Assembly: GCA_001029795.1 (NCBI GenBank)
Contig: CP011216.1
Coordinates: 134,903 to 198,902 of the forward strand
From: a candidate division Kazan bacterium GW2011_GWA1_50_15
GTDB lineage: Bacteria; Patescibacteriota; Kazan-3B-28
Reading direction: 5' to 3'
DNA: 64,000 nucleotides
This document shows positions 8,609-17,826 of the stretch, piece by piece. The notes under the pieces are model-generated. The model was not told the DNA's origin. It saw only the letters and a program-made list of their open reading frames with translations, and ran no database searches. The translations under genes and the position numbers were made by a program. Position 1 is the stretch's first letter. Each line of letters opens with the position of its first letter.

Positions 8609-10339
8609 ATGCTAGATAGGGCAACGACATTACAGCTCGAACAACGGTACCGCATAGGGCTAATTAGTACGGCCTTTTTTATTTTGTTCGTGATGGCAGT
8701 AGGCCGTTTGGTGGAACGACAAGTATTTGAACATGGCCACTTTTCTAGATTGGCTAAAGAACAGCATTTGGCCAGTCAGGTGGTCCCGGCTCAGCGAGGC
8801 AAGATATTTACTGAGGAGCGGGATAATGATGAGCTGTACCCGCTGGCGACCAACGTAACCTTGTTCGCGCTAACCGCGGTGCCGTCTCAGGTAACGAGGC
8901 CGGAGTTGGTCGCCAGTAAACTAATGCCCTTTCTGACCGGATCGGGGGTAGAGGAAAGCGAGCTAATAGCTAAACTATCCAGCAAAGCGCAGTACATGCC
9001 TCCCTTGAAACGTAAGATCAGCAAAACTGAGGCCGAGGCTATCGATGCTCTGGATTTGACAGGAGTCTATCTCAGCCAAGAGAAATACCGCTATTCTCCA
9101 GAGGAGACGATGGCTGCACAGGTGCTGGGTTTTGTGAACCGTGATGGTGTGGGGCAGTACGGCTTGGAGGGCTACTTCGATAAAGAGTTGGGCGGGACGG
9201 CCGGTTTCCTCGAAGCAGAGCAAGACACGTTCGGTCGGCAGATCGCTCTAGGTAAACGCGAGTCGGTCAATCCGCAGGACGGTTTGGATATTGTTACCAC
9301 GCTGGACAGGGCGGCGCAGTACTACGTGGATAAGGCGGTTAGAGAAGCGGTGGAGCAACATCAAGCCACCCGAGGGATGGCGATCGTGATGGAGCCCAAA
9401 ACAGGCAAGATCATCGCTATGTCGGCGTATCCAAACTTCGATCCCAACAATTACAACAAGGAAGATATCGCAAGTTTCACCAACCCCAACATCTCGCAGG
9501 TATATGAGCCGGGTTCAGTTTTTAAAGTTATCACCATGGCGGCTGGAATCGATGCGGGGGTGATCGCGCCAAGCACGACTTATACTGACACTGGCCAAGT
9601 TGAGGTGAACGATCGGACGATAAAAAACTCTGAGCCGGGCGCCTTTGGGTCGCAGACTATGACTCAAGTATTGGAAAAGTCGTTGAATACCGGGGCGGTG
9701 TTCGTTATCCAGAAGTTGGGTAAATATCTATTCAATAAATATCTGGGACAGTTTGGGTTCACTACCCCGACCGGAGTGGAGTTGGAAGGCGAGGTGGCCG
9801 CGCATATTAAAAACCCCAAAGGGCTTTCAGATGTGGATTTGGCGACTATGTCGTTTGGGCAAGGTATCGCGGTGACCCCAGTTCAACTGTTGGCTGCCAT
9901 TGGGGCGATCGCTAATGATGGTCGTCTATTGCAGCCTCATATTGTTGATAGGATCCTCTATCCTTCGGGCGCCGTCTCGATCGACCCAACGGTAGTGGGG
10001 CAGGCGATTAGCCCGCAGACGGCTCAGCTAGTTTCGGCGATGATGGTGGGTGTGATCGAGAACGGTCATGGTAAAAGGGCGGGCGTGCCGGGGTATTGGA
10101 TAGCGGGCAAAACCGGTACAGCTCAGATCCCTGGACCGGGTGGGGGCTATCTGGATGGGTTTGGGAATACGATCGGGACTTTTGTAGGGTTCGGTCCGGT
10201 GGATAATCCAAGATTCGTGATGGTCACTCGTATCGATCAACCCAAGGACGTGCAGTTTGCTGAAAGTTCGGCGGCGCCGTTGTTTGGCAGGATCGCTAAG
10301 TTTTTGTTGGACTATTGGCATGTGCCGCCGACAAGGTAA
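8609..10339 (+). CDS. ftsI: Class B penicillin-binding protein (FtsI/PBP2 family)
   Basis: YEPGSVFK (SxxK), SLN (SxN), KTGT motifs; N-terminal TM; dcw position. Confidence 0.9.
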   Translation: MLDRATTLQLEQRYRIGLISTAFFILFVMAVGRLVERQVFEHGHFSRLAKEQHLASQVVPAQRGKIFTEERDNDELYPLATNVTLFALTAVPSQVTRPELVASKLMPFLTGSGVEESELIAKLSSKAQYMPPLKRKISKTEAEAIDALDLTGVYLSQEKYRYSPEETMAAQVLGFVNRDGVGQYGLEGYFDKELGGTAGFLEAEQDTFGRQIALGKRESVNPQDGLDIVTTLDRAAQYYVDKAVREAVEQHQATRGMAIVMEPKTGKIIAMSAYPNFDPNNYNKEDIASFTNPNISQVYEPGSVFKVITMAAGIDAGVIAPSTTYTDTGQVEVNDRTIKNSEPGAFGSQTMTQVLEKSLNTGAVFVIQKLGKYLFNKYLGQFGFTTPTGVELEGEVAAHIKNPKGLSDVDLATMSFGQGIAVTPVQLLAAIGAIANDGRLLQPHIVDRILYPSGAVSIDPTVVGQAISPQTAQLVSAMMVGVIENGHGKRAGVPGYWIAGKTGTAQIPGPGGGYLDGFGNTIGTFVGFGPVDNPRFVMVTRIDQPKDVQFAESSAAPLFGRIAKFLLDYWHVPPTR

Positions 10340-10495
10340 TTCATGAGGGGAGCACGCGGTATGTTCTCCCCTCATCGGTGGTCAGCAAAAGCTGGCCCTC
10401 GCTCCACTCGGGCTAGCCACCTGCTCCCTACTCCACCTCAGGAGGAGATAGAAGAAACTCTGGTCTGGGGGCGGGTTTTTGCGTATTATGGGAGG

Positions 10496-11734
10496 GTGAA
10501 AAAGATAGCTCTCAATCTGTTGGTGAGTTTGAGCCGGAGGATCTTGGCCAAGTATCAACCCCGTATCATCGGGGTGACGGGGAGCGTGGGCAAGACCACT
10601 ACCAAAGAAGCCATCTACACCGCTCTGCGCGGGAGCTTTCGCGTGGCGCGGAGTTTGAAAGATGCCAATACCGAATGGGGAGTGACAGCTACGATTATTG
10701 ATCAAGAGTTTTATCCGGTCGGTCGAGATAGTATCGGAAGAGCTAAATTATCGGTCGGTGAACTTATCGGTCTGCTTTATCGGGGGTGCAAGCGATTATT
10801 GGTAAAGGGGGATTATCCCGAGATCCTGATTTTGGAGTTAGCGGCTGAACAAGCGGGTGATATCAAATTTTTTAACCAGTTTTTACAATACGATATCGCG
10901 GTGATTACTAATATCGGTCAGGTGCATTTGGAGTTTTATCGTGACCAGACCGAGCTGACCGCCGAGAAACTAAGCATCGCTGACGGATTAAAACCTAGCG
11001 GGCTGATGGTGTTGAACGGCGACAATGAATTACTAACTGAATTTATTACTACAACTCGGTTGCGGCGAACAACTTTCGGTTGGGATGAAGCCAATCAATA
11101 TAATATCCACTTACGGGATATTGGCGTTGATGGTTTGCGGTATGAAGTTAATACGCCCGATGGCGGCGTGGAGGTGGTGTTGGGATTTGGCCGACAGCTG
11201 GTCGATGCCGCTGCTGTTGCCGTGGCGGTGGGTCGGGAGTTGGGTATACCTCTGGCGCAGTTGGGTCAGCGGTTGACAGGTTTGGCTTCGCCAGCTGGCC
11301 GGTTTGAGATGTGGCAGCTCCGACGCGGGATAACTTTGGTCAATGATGCCTACAACGCTAATCCTGACTCGATGAAGTCAGCCCTGACTAGTTTGCAGGA
11401 CATCGCCTCAGTCTCGCCCCCAGGGGCTACACGTAGAAGAGTGGCGATCCTGGGCGGGATGAGAGAGTTGGGGTTGGCGCACGAGACGGCCCATCTTGAT
11501 GTCGGTCGATTCCTGCGCGACAAAGTGGATCTACTGGTGGCAGTGGGGGCTGATGGCGGGCTGATGGCGGACGCCGCTGGCTTGTCGGCCGATCAAGTTG
11601 TTCAGGTAGATGATCCGAGCCAAGTAGATTTTTCCAAATTTTTGCAGGATAATGATGCCGTGTTAGTCAAAGCCTCGCGCAGTTTTGGTTTGGATGTTGT
11701 GGCACAAGCAATTCGGCAGAGGATAGGACAATAG
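10496..11734 (+). CDS. murF: UDP-N-acetylmuramoyl-tripeptide--D-Ala-D-Ala ligase
   Basis: GVTGSVGKTTTKE, NDAYNANPDSM, LVKASR; start moved to GTG 10496. Confidence 0.92.
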   Translation: MKKIALNLLVSLSRRILAKYQPRIIGVTGSVGKTTTKEAIYTALRGSFRVARSLKDANTEWGVTATIIDQEFYPVGRDSIGRAKLSVGELIGLLYRGCKRLLVKGDYPEILILELAAEQAGDIKFFNQFLQYDIAVITNIGQVHLEFYRDQTELTAEKLSIADGLKPSGLMVLNGDNELLTEFITTTRLRRTTFGWDEANQYNIHLRDIGVDGLRYEVNTPDGGVEVVLGFGRQLVDAAAVAVAVGRELGIPLAQLGQRLTGLASPAGRFEMWQLRRGITLVNDAYNANPDSMKSALTSLQDIASVSPPGATRRRVAILGGMRELGLAHETAHLDVGRFLRDKVDLLVAVGADGGLMADAAGLSADQVVQVDDPSQVDFSKFLQDNDAVLVKASRSFGLDVVAQAIRQRIGQ

Positions 11735-12766
11735 ATGGAAGAACTGCTGCTACAAGTTGTTTTGCTGAGAGTTTTTATCCTGGCGGCGCTGGGTTTCTTT
11801 GTGGCTATTTTAGCTACGCCGTTTTGGACTAACTTTTTGTATAAATACAAATTTTGGAAACAGCCTAAAGAAGAAACCATCTATGGGACCCAAGCGACGG
11901 TCTACCAACAGCTACATGCCGAGAAACATAAACGGCTAGTGCCGACTATGGCTGGCGTATTGTTCTGGGTGCTCGTCGTGTTACTGTCCTTAAGGTTTAA
12001 TTTGACCCGCTCGCAGACCTATTTGCCGCTCTTCTCGCTGGTCGCGGTCGGGGTGATCGGAGCGGTCGATGACTGGTTTAATATCCGCGGCATTGGCGGG
12101 ATCAAGGGGATTCGGGCTCGGCAGAAGATGGTTTGGCTGCTTGCCATGGCGGGTCTGGGGGCTTGGTGGTTTTACTTTAAATTAGGGCAGAACAGTATTC
12201 ATCTGCCAGGAGTAGGGGACTTCCTTGTGGGATGGTGGTATATCCCGATCTTTATATTTATCATTCTGGCAACCGCTAACGCGTTCAATATTACTGATGG
12301 GTTGGATGGTCTATCCGGCGGGCTGTTCATTATTGCTTACGGCGCTTATGGCATTTTGGCGATGGCCAATAACCAGATCAGTCTTGCTATCTTCTGTACC
12401 ACGGTGGTAGGGGTATTGTTAGCCTATCTTTGGTTTAATGTTTACCCGGCAAGATTTTTTGGCGGCGACACATATTCGTTAGCCTTTGGAGCTACTCTAG
12501 GAGTCGTGGCTTTGATGATCAGTAATGGCATCGGTTTGGCCGTGTTGCCCCTAATAGCGTTCGTTCCGCTCGTTGAAACGCTGTCGGTCATCCTGCAGCT
12601 GACCTACCGCAAGATCTATAAAAGGAAATTGTTTTTAGTCGCTCCGATCCATCATCACTTCGAAGCCATTGGTTGGCCGGAAACAAAAGTAACTATGCGG
12701 TTTTGGATCATTGGGGCGGTGTTCGCGGTGATCGGGTTGGTGATAGGATTAGTCGGCGCAGGGTAA
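11735..12766 (+). CDS. mraY: Phospho-N-acetylmuramoyl-pentapeptide transferase
   Basis: PTMAG, NAFNITDGLDGL, APIHHHFE motifs. Confidence 0.96.
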   Translation: MEELLLQVVLLRVFILAALGFFVAILATPFWTNFLYKYKFWKQPKEETIYGTQATVYQQLHAEKHKRLVPTMAGVLFWVLVVLLSLRFNLTRSQTYLPLFSLVAVGVIGAVDDWFNIRGIGGIKGIRARQKMVWLLAMAGLGAWWFYFKLGQNSIHLPGVGDFLVGWWYIPIFIFIILATANAFNITDGLDGLSGGLFIIAYGAYGILAMANNQISLAIFCTTVVGVLLAYLWFNVYPARFFGGDTYSLAFGATLGVVALMISNGIGLAVLPLIAFVPLVETLSVILQLTYRKIYKRKLFLVAPIHHHFEAIGWPETKVTMRFWIIGAVFAVIGLVIGLVGAG

Positions 12767-12771
12767 TTTTT

Positions 12772-12977
12772 TGTAGCGCCTGCGTCGCGCTACACCGACG
12801 GTTACTTTCCTCTTGGGGAAAGTAACCAAAGCCGCTCCGCCAGTCGCTCTGGCTGTGAATAGAAAGCAAAACTAGCTTTCTGGCTTTCGGCGAACTTCTC
12901 CTCGCTGACTCGTTGTCAAACAACGCCTGCGCTGCGCTAGTTTTGCTAATTCACAACGCCAGATCTCCAATGGCGGA
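12772..12977. repeat. Structured intergenic element family B, copy 2
   Basis: GGTTACTTTCCTCTTGGGGAAAGTAACCAAAGCCG identical to copy 5; long nested stems with GAACTT..TCAAACA. Confidence 0.85.
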
Positions 12978-13167
12978 AGGGGAGAGGGGAAGGGACGTAG
13001 TTTGCTCGATGGGGGTGGAGGTAGACGACTCTTCGCTGAAGGGCCGATTACTTCTAGCCCATAATTCTTGATTCATAATTCGTTATTCTATTCTCCAGAT
13101 GCTTGTTCGATTGACCTAGAGCGGATTTTTTGGTATACCAGGATTATCTTGGACCTTGAGGTGATAG

Positions 13168-13380
13168 ATGTCACAAGCGAAGTGCGAGGTCGAAGGTTGC
13201 CGGTCAAGGGCAAACCGGAGCTGTGTAAAGTGCGGACGTCGAGTTTGTCCCGAGCATATGGCGATCTCCGAAGGTAGGCATATTGAAGTGTGTGATGTGT
13301 GCGTGCAAGGCGCATCTGGAGTACAAGCTAAACCGCCAGATCGGCGCCACAGAGATCAACGAGGAGGTGATCGACGTTGA
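13168..13380 (+). CDS. Small Cys-rich zinc-finger-like hypothetical protein
   Basis: CxxxxC, CxxC, CxxH, CxxC pattern; GAGGTGA SD upstream. Confidence 0.6.
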   Translation: MSQAKCEVEGCRSRANRSCVKCGRRVCPEHMAISEGRHIEVCDVCVQGASGVQAKPPDRRHRDQRGGDRR

Positions 13381-13958
13381 AGTGGTTTAAGTTGAGTGTG
13401 GCAGTGTTGTTATGGATGATCGTCCCAGCGTTGGCACGGGCTCAATTAGAACCGAGCAAGCACCTGGAAGGGTATCTTGGCTATCGTTTCGGGATGGTCC
13501 CGACTCAGATCCAAGATATTGCCGCAGGCCGGCTGGTTCGGGATGTACACAGCGGTCTATCTGAAGTAGTGGACTACATGACCGACCAGGGTCGTCTGAC
13601 TAGTCCAGACGGTAGCGTAAAGGACCTCCCGGTCGGTCTGTGTCTATCATTCTACCGAGGTCGCTTAGCTGGCATTACGATCCAGATACCCGAACAGACA
13701 GACCTAGCAGCGGCAACTAGGCTAGTGGGGGCGCTCAGAACAAGCTTACTCGCGTATTACGATGCCTCGCTAGTCCAGCGTGACGATTGGCTGCCCGATC
13801 GACACCAAGCAGTTATTATGCTATACGACTCGGCGAACGGGAACGCGTTTTGGCTGTTGTGGGATAAGGAGACCGTTCTGGTTTGTTCTATGACGGGTGA
13901 GTTGATCATGCTCGATCCGGAATGCCAGGATCTCTTACCGGAGGATCCAGCGAATTGA
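13377..13958 (+). CDS. Hypothetical secreted protein
   Basis: Signal peptide ending ARA, GGAGGTGA SD, overlaps the previous stop. Confidence 0.6.
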   Translation: MKWFKLSVAVLLWMIVPALARAQLEPSKHLEGYLGYRFGMVPTQIQDIAAGRLVRDVHSGLSEVVDYMTDQGRLTSPDGSVKDLPVGLCLSFYRGRLAGITIQIPEQTDLAAATRLVGALRTSLLAYYDASLVQRDDWLPDRHQAVIMLYDSANGNAFWLLWDKETVLVCSMTGELIMLDPECQDLLPEDPAN

Positions 13959-13977
13959 CATCGATCGAGACCGAACA

Positions 13978-14673
13978 TTGAATCGCTCTGCTACTATGGC
14001 GGAGCGATTTTTATTATTCCAAGATGTCACCGAGGTTTATTGTACAATGGGTGCGAGGGGGGAAGTGCACCTTCTTAATTTGACAGAGGCGGTGGCAGCT
14101 GTGGCAAAACCAGGAGAGATTTGGAGCCAGGAAGCCGACCTGCGCTTAGATTTCATGCATGAGATAGGCATCAGACCAGCCAAGATGCCCGAGCTGTTGC
14201 GATGGAGTCTGGGGGTTCGAGTAACTCGCCGTCAGGTTGAGCTCAGGATCAAAAAGCTCAGGCAGGCGCCGCCGGCATCTCCAAGTATCACTAGCGGGAT
14301 GTTAGCGCTGGTCCCAGAGAACATTCCCGATAGTGTGATCAAGAGCGCGCGTCGGCAGTGCCGTTTGCGGCACAGCGGCCGATGTATGGTCTGTGGGACA
14401 AAAAGGAACTTTACGGTTCACCACAAGGTTCCGTTAACTTACGGCGGCAGTTGGGCGCAGGAGAACTTGGATGGAGTCTGTGAACATTGCCACAAGGCCA
14501 TCCACAACATTAACGGCGCTTACGAGGAACTGGAGAGTGAAGCGCAACGTCAGCGGGTGGACGGCTACAGAACTATTATCGAGAACGCCCGCAAGCTGTA
14601 TCGGCAGCAGTGTCCGGTAAAATCACCTTTGGAGATACCTGGCCCAGTAACCGCTCAGCCGGTTCAGGCCTAG
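13978..14673 (+). CDS. HNH endonuclease domain protein
   Basis: CMVCG...VHHKVP..GGS...NL..VCEHCHKAIH. Confidence 0.85.
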   Translation: MNRSATMAERFLLFQDVTEVYCTMGARGEVHLLNLTEAVAAVAKPGEIWSQEADLRLDFMHEIGIRPAKMPELLRWSLGVRVTRRQVELRIKKLRQAPPASPSITSGMLALVPENIPDSVIKSARRQCRLRHSGRCMVCGTKRNFTVHHKVPLTYGGSWAQENLDGVCEHCHKAIHNINGAYEELESEAQRQRVDGYRTIIENARKLYRQQCPVKSPLEIPGPVTAQPVQA

Positions 14674-14682
14674 GCCGTCATG

Positions 14683-14707
14683 AGGGAGCTTATCAGCTCC
14701 CTTTTTT
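14683..14707 (+). terminator. Intrinsic terminator
   Basis: AGGGAGCT-TATC-AGCTCCCT followed by a T run. Confidence 0.7.
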
Positions 14708-14764
14708 ATAGGGAGAGACTAGGGATGTTAAGATATAGAAGCTAGATCGTTAATCGTAAGTTAT

Positions 14765-15187
14765 ATGAAAACAGCTATCTGGATCTTGGTTTTAGCGGTT
14801 GTAGTGGTCGGGGGCGCGTATCTTGTTGATAGGTCTCAACAACCAGCGCAACCAAATGAACAGAGTTTAATTAGTGTACAAGTTGATCAGCCAGCGCCTA
14901 ACGCCACCGTTGTAAGTCCGTTGGCAGTCTCTGGGCAAGCGGTCGGGGGTTGGTATTTTGAAGCATCTTTCCCCGTGGAGCTTTTGAATAGCTCCAACCA
15001 GGTGATCGCCACCACCACAGCTCAGGCCCAAAGCGATTGGATGACTACCAATTTGGTGCCGTTCACGGCCACCCTAACGTTCCCCGCGCAGACAACTGGC
15101 AGTTCGGGGACGCTGGTGTTGAGGAAGGATAATCCTTCCGGTGAACCGCAGAATGACGATTCGTTCTCGGTCCCGATCGTGTTTTAG
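14765..15187 (+). CDS. Gmad2 immunoglobulin-like domain membrane-anchored protein
   Basis: SPLAVSGQAVGGWYFEASFPV...WMTTNLVPF...KDNPSG. Confidence 0.8.
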   Translation: MKTAIWILVLAVVVVGGAYLVDRSQQPAQPNEQSLISVQVDQPAPNATVVSPLAVSGQAVGGWYFEASFPVELLNSSNQVIATTTAQAQSDWMTTNLVPFTATLTFPAQTTGSSGTLVLRKDNPSGEPQNDDSFSVPIVF

Positions 15188-15211
15188 TCTTATATTAGTA
15201 AGTTCGCGCAA

Positions 15212-15700
15212 ATGAAATATCTCTATTGGTTGATTGGACTAGTTATCTTGGTTGGAGTAGGTTGGTTAGCCTACCAGGCGGCGCCTAGGCCGGTGGAGGA
15301 GCCGACCACACAAAAAGTATTTGTGTACTATACCTTGCTGACCGAAACCGACATGGACTTGGTAGCAGTGGAGCGCGAGGTGCCAGTGAATGACAATAAA
15401 AATGTTTTGGCGTTAGAGGCCCTGCGAGAGCTGGTGAAAGGCCCGACCGACGCGGAACAGACCCAAGGCATCTACTCGTCGTTTAATGACGGAACCGAGG
15501 TGAATAGCGTGGCGCTGGCTGACGGGGTGGCCATAATCGATTTTAATGAAACTTTCGATACCCCGATGGGCGGGAGCGCGCGAGTGCGCGCCATTTCTCA
15601 GACGCTCTTAAAAACCGTTCAGCAGTTCGATCAGGCCACCGAGTACACACTTGGACTGACCGTGAACAATGGCGAGCGAGACGCGGTGTTGGAACCCTAG
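15212..15700 (+). CDS. GerMN domain protein
   Basis: ALRELVKGPT..E...GVAIIDF...GGSARV..I. Confidence 0.8.
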   Translation: MKYLYWLIGLVILVGVGWLAYQAAPRPVEEPTTQKVFVYYTLLTETDMDLVAVEREVPVNDNKNVLALEALRELVKGPTDAEQTQGIYSSFNDGTEVNSVALADGVAIIDFNETFDTPMGGSARVRAISQTLLKTVQQFDQATEYTLGLTVNNGERDAVLEP

Positions 15701-15766
15701 GGCAGTGAAAAGTTACAAGTGACAGGTGACAAGTTATGGTGACCTTCGGTTCCCCGGGACTCATCT

Positions 15767-16333
15767 CTACTGCAGGCGCTTTGCGACCGTTGACCAGTCG
15801 ATGACGTTCATGAACGCGGTGATATAGTCGGTGCGGTTGGTGTTGTAGTCGAGCATAAAGGCGTGCTCGAAGATATCGAGGTTGAGCAGGACTACGCAGC
15901 CAGCCAGATGGCCGAGATCGTGTTCGTTGACGAAAATATTAAACAATCGGTTGGCCGTTGGGTCGTAGTAGAGAATGGCCCAACCAATACCGCGTATCAT
16001 AGCAGTGGCTTTAAAATCTGTCTCCCAATTTTCATAGGAACCGAAATCCTCGGTGATTTTTTGGTGCAGGGGCGAACCTGGGTCAAGTGCAGCCGGTGAT
16101 TTACTTAAACCACCGAAATAGTATTCATGCAGGCGCATCCCATTGAACTCCCACCCGAATCTCCGTTTGAGTTCAGCGTACTCGGGCTGGTCTGGGGCTG
16201 TGGTTTTCAACTTGTCGGCCAATTTATTGGTATTGGCAACATAGCCCTGATACAACTTAAAGTGGGTGTTAAGAGCGTTATCCGAAAACCCGGGTAGCTC
16301 CAACGATTGCGAGAAATCTTTAGCTTCATACAT
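15767..16333 (-). CDS. Fe/Mn superoxide dismutase family protein
   Basis: HFKLYQGYV, NGMRLHEYYF, DIFEHAF metal-ligand motifs. Confidence 0.9.
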   Translation of the reverse strand: MYEAKDFSQSLELPGFSDNALNTHFKLYQGYVANTNKLADKLKTTAPDQPEYAELKRRFGWEFNGMRLHEYYFGGLSKSPAALDPGSPLHQKITEDFGSYENWETDFKATAMIRGIGWAILYYDPTANRLFNIFVNEHDLGHLAGCVVLLNLDIFEHAFMLDYNTNRTDYITAFMNVIDWSTVAKRLQ

Positions 16334-16406
16334 ATCAACATCCTTTATATTAGTTGTTCCATTCTACAGGAGATAAACGAATCCTTAAAGGCTGTATAAT
16401 CAGAGT

Positions 16407-17780
16407 ATGGCTAAAGTTAGGTTCCAGGGTAAAAAAACAGCAGTAATCGGCCTCGGACGTGAAGGGATCGAGTTGGTCAGGTGGCTGCGGCGTCAGGGAG
16501 CACTGGTGACCGTCTTGGACCGAGTTCCGGCCAGCAAACTGGGGGTGCAGTACAAAGAGGCTAAACATTTGGGCGCGGAGTTTCGCTTGGGTGACCAATA
16601 TTTGAGTAACCTCACTGATTTCGAAGTGGTTTTCCGCAGCCCCGGGGTGCCGCTGCAGTTAATAGAATTTAAGCGAGCTATCAAAGCCGGAGTAGCGTTC
16701 TCGAGTACTATCCAATTATTTTTGGAGCTGGCGCCGGCGCGGATCATCGGGGTGACAGGGACGAAGGGAAAATCTACTACGACCAGTTTGATCCATCATC
16801 TACTGAAGGGTGGCCAGCGGTGGGTATTTTTGGCCGGGAATATCGGGACCTCACCCCTGCCCCTGCTCACTAAGATTAAATCGGGCGATACGGTGGTACT
16901 GGAGCTGTCGAGTTTTCAGCTGGAGGATCTGACGAGAAGCCCCGATATCGCAGTGATGCTGAATGTTGTGCCGGAACACCTGGACCGGCACAAAACTTTT
17001 AGTAAATATTTGGCGGCCAAACAAAATATTTATACGCATCAAGGTAAGGCGGATTGGTTAATCGCCAGCTATGATTTTGTGCCGACCAAGGAGGCATTGA
17101 GGCGGGCGCGTGGCAAAACTTTGCCGATTTCGACCCGGCAGATCCTGCGTAAAGGCGTGTATCTCTCTAAAGGCGAAATAGTTTATCGGCACTGGCGGAG
17201 CGGTCGGCGGCAGGTGATCACCTCCGCTACCGGTCTGAAACTGATGGGGGAACATAATCTTCAAAATGTGTTGCCGGCGATCGCGACCGCCTTGGTTAGT
17301 AATGTGCCGGTTAAAACCATCGCCAAGAAACTGCGCAGCTTCAAACCCCTCAAGCATCGCATCGAGCTGGTGCGACGGATTGGCGATGTCAGTTTTATCA
17401 ATGATTCGTTGGGGACTACGCCGGAGGCGGCCGCGGCCGCTATCTTGGCGTTCCCCAACTTGCCCAAAGCTATCATTGTCGGCGGAGTGTACAAGGGCGG
17501 TGATATCAGCGCGTTGGCCAAAACCGCGGCCACCGGCAATGTGCGGATGGCAGTATTGATCGGTGGTTCCGCTAAAAAATTTCAGGCGGCGTTCAAACGG
17601 TTTGCTCCCAAAGTTTCCACTAAACTGGCTAAGACATTTCCACAGGCGGTCAAGGAAGCCATCGCGGCGGTGCGGACTCACGGGTTGGTGATGCTGACTC
17701 CGGCCTGCGCCAGTTTTGATATGTTCAAAGACGCGTATGATAGGGGTGACCAATTTAAAAAAATAGTTAATCACTTGTAG
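16407..17780 (+). CDS. murD: UDP-N-acetylmuramoyl-L-Ala--D-Glu ligase
   Basis: GVTGTKGKSTT, LELSSFQL, PACASFDMF. Confidence 0.96.
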   Translation: MAKVRFQGKKTAVIGLGREGIELVRWLRRQGALVTVLDRVPASKLGVQYKEAKHLGAEFRLGDQYLSNLTDFEVVFRSPGVPLQLIEFKRAIKAGVAFSSTIQLFLELAPARIIGVTGTKGKSTTTSLIHHLLKGGQRWVFLAGNIGTSPLPLLTKIKSGDTVVLELSSFQLEDLTRSPDIAVMLNVVPEHLDRHKTFSKYLAAKQNIYTHQGKADWLIASYDFVPTKEALRRARGKTLPISTRQILRKGVYLSKGEIVYRHWRSGRRQVITSATGLKLMGEHNLQNVLPAIATALVSNVPVKTIAKKLRSFKPLKHRIELVRRIGDVSFINDSLGTTPEAAAAAILAFPNLPKAIIVGGVYKGGDISALAKTAATGNVRMAVLIGGSAKKFQAAFKRFAPKVSTKLAKTFPQAVKEAIAAVRTHGLVMLTPACASFDMFKDAYDRGDQFKKIVNHL

Positions 17781-17826
17781 TCAGTTGTCCATTATTCGTG
17801 ATTCATAATTCATTATTCTAGCTCTA

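Noticed and set aside
10343-10495. N-terminal extension of MurF
   Set aside because: It is a hairpin-rich intergenic spacer; the likely start is GTG 10496. The hairpins were not clearly assignable to family A or B.
17058-17774. Long antisense ORFs such as the 238-aa ORF opposite murD
   Set aside because: Shadow ORFs of well-supported genes with no recognisable motifs.
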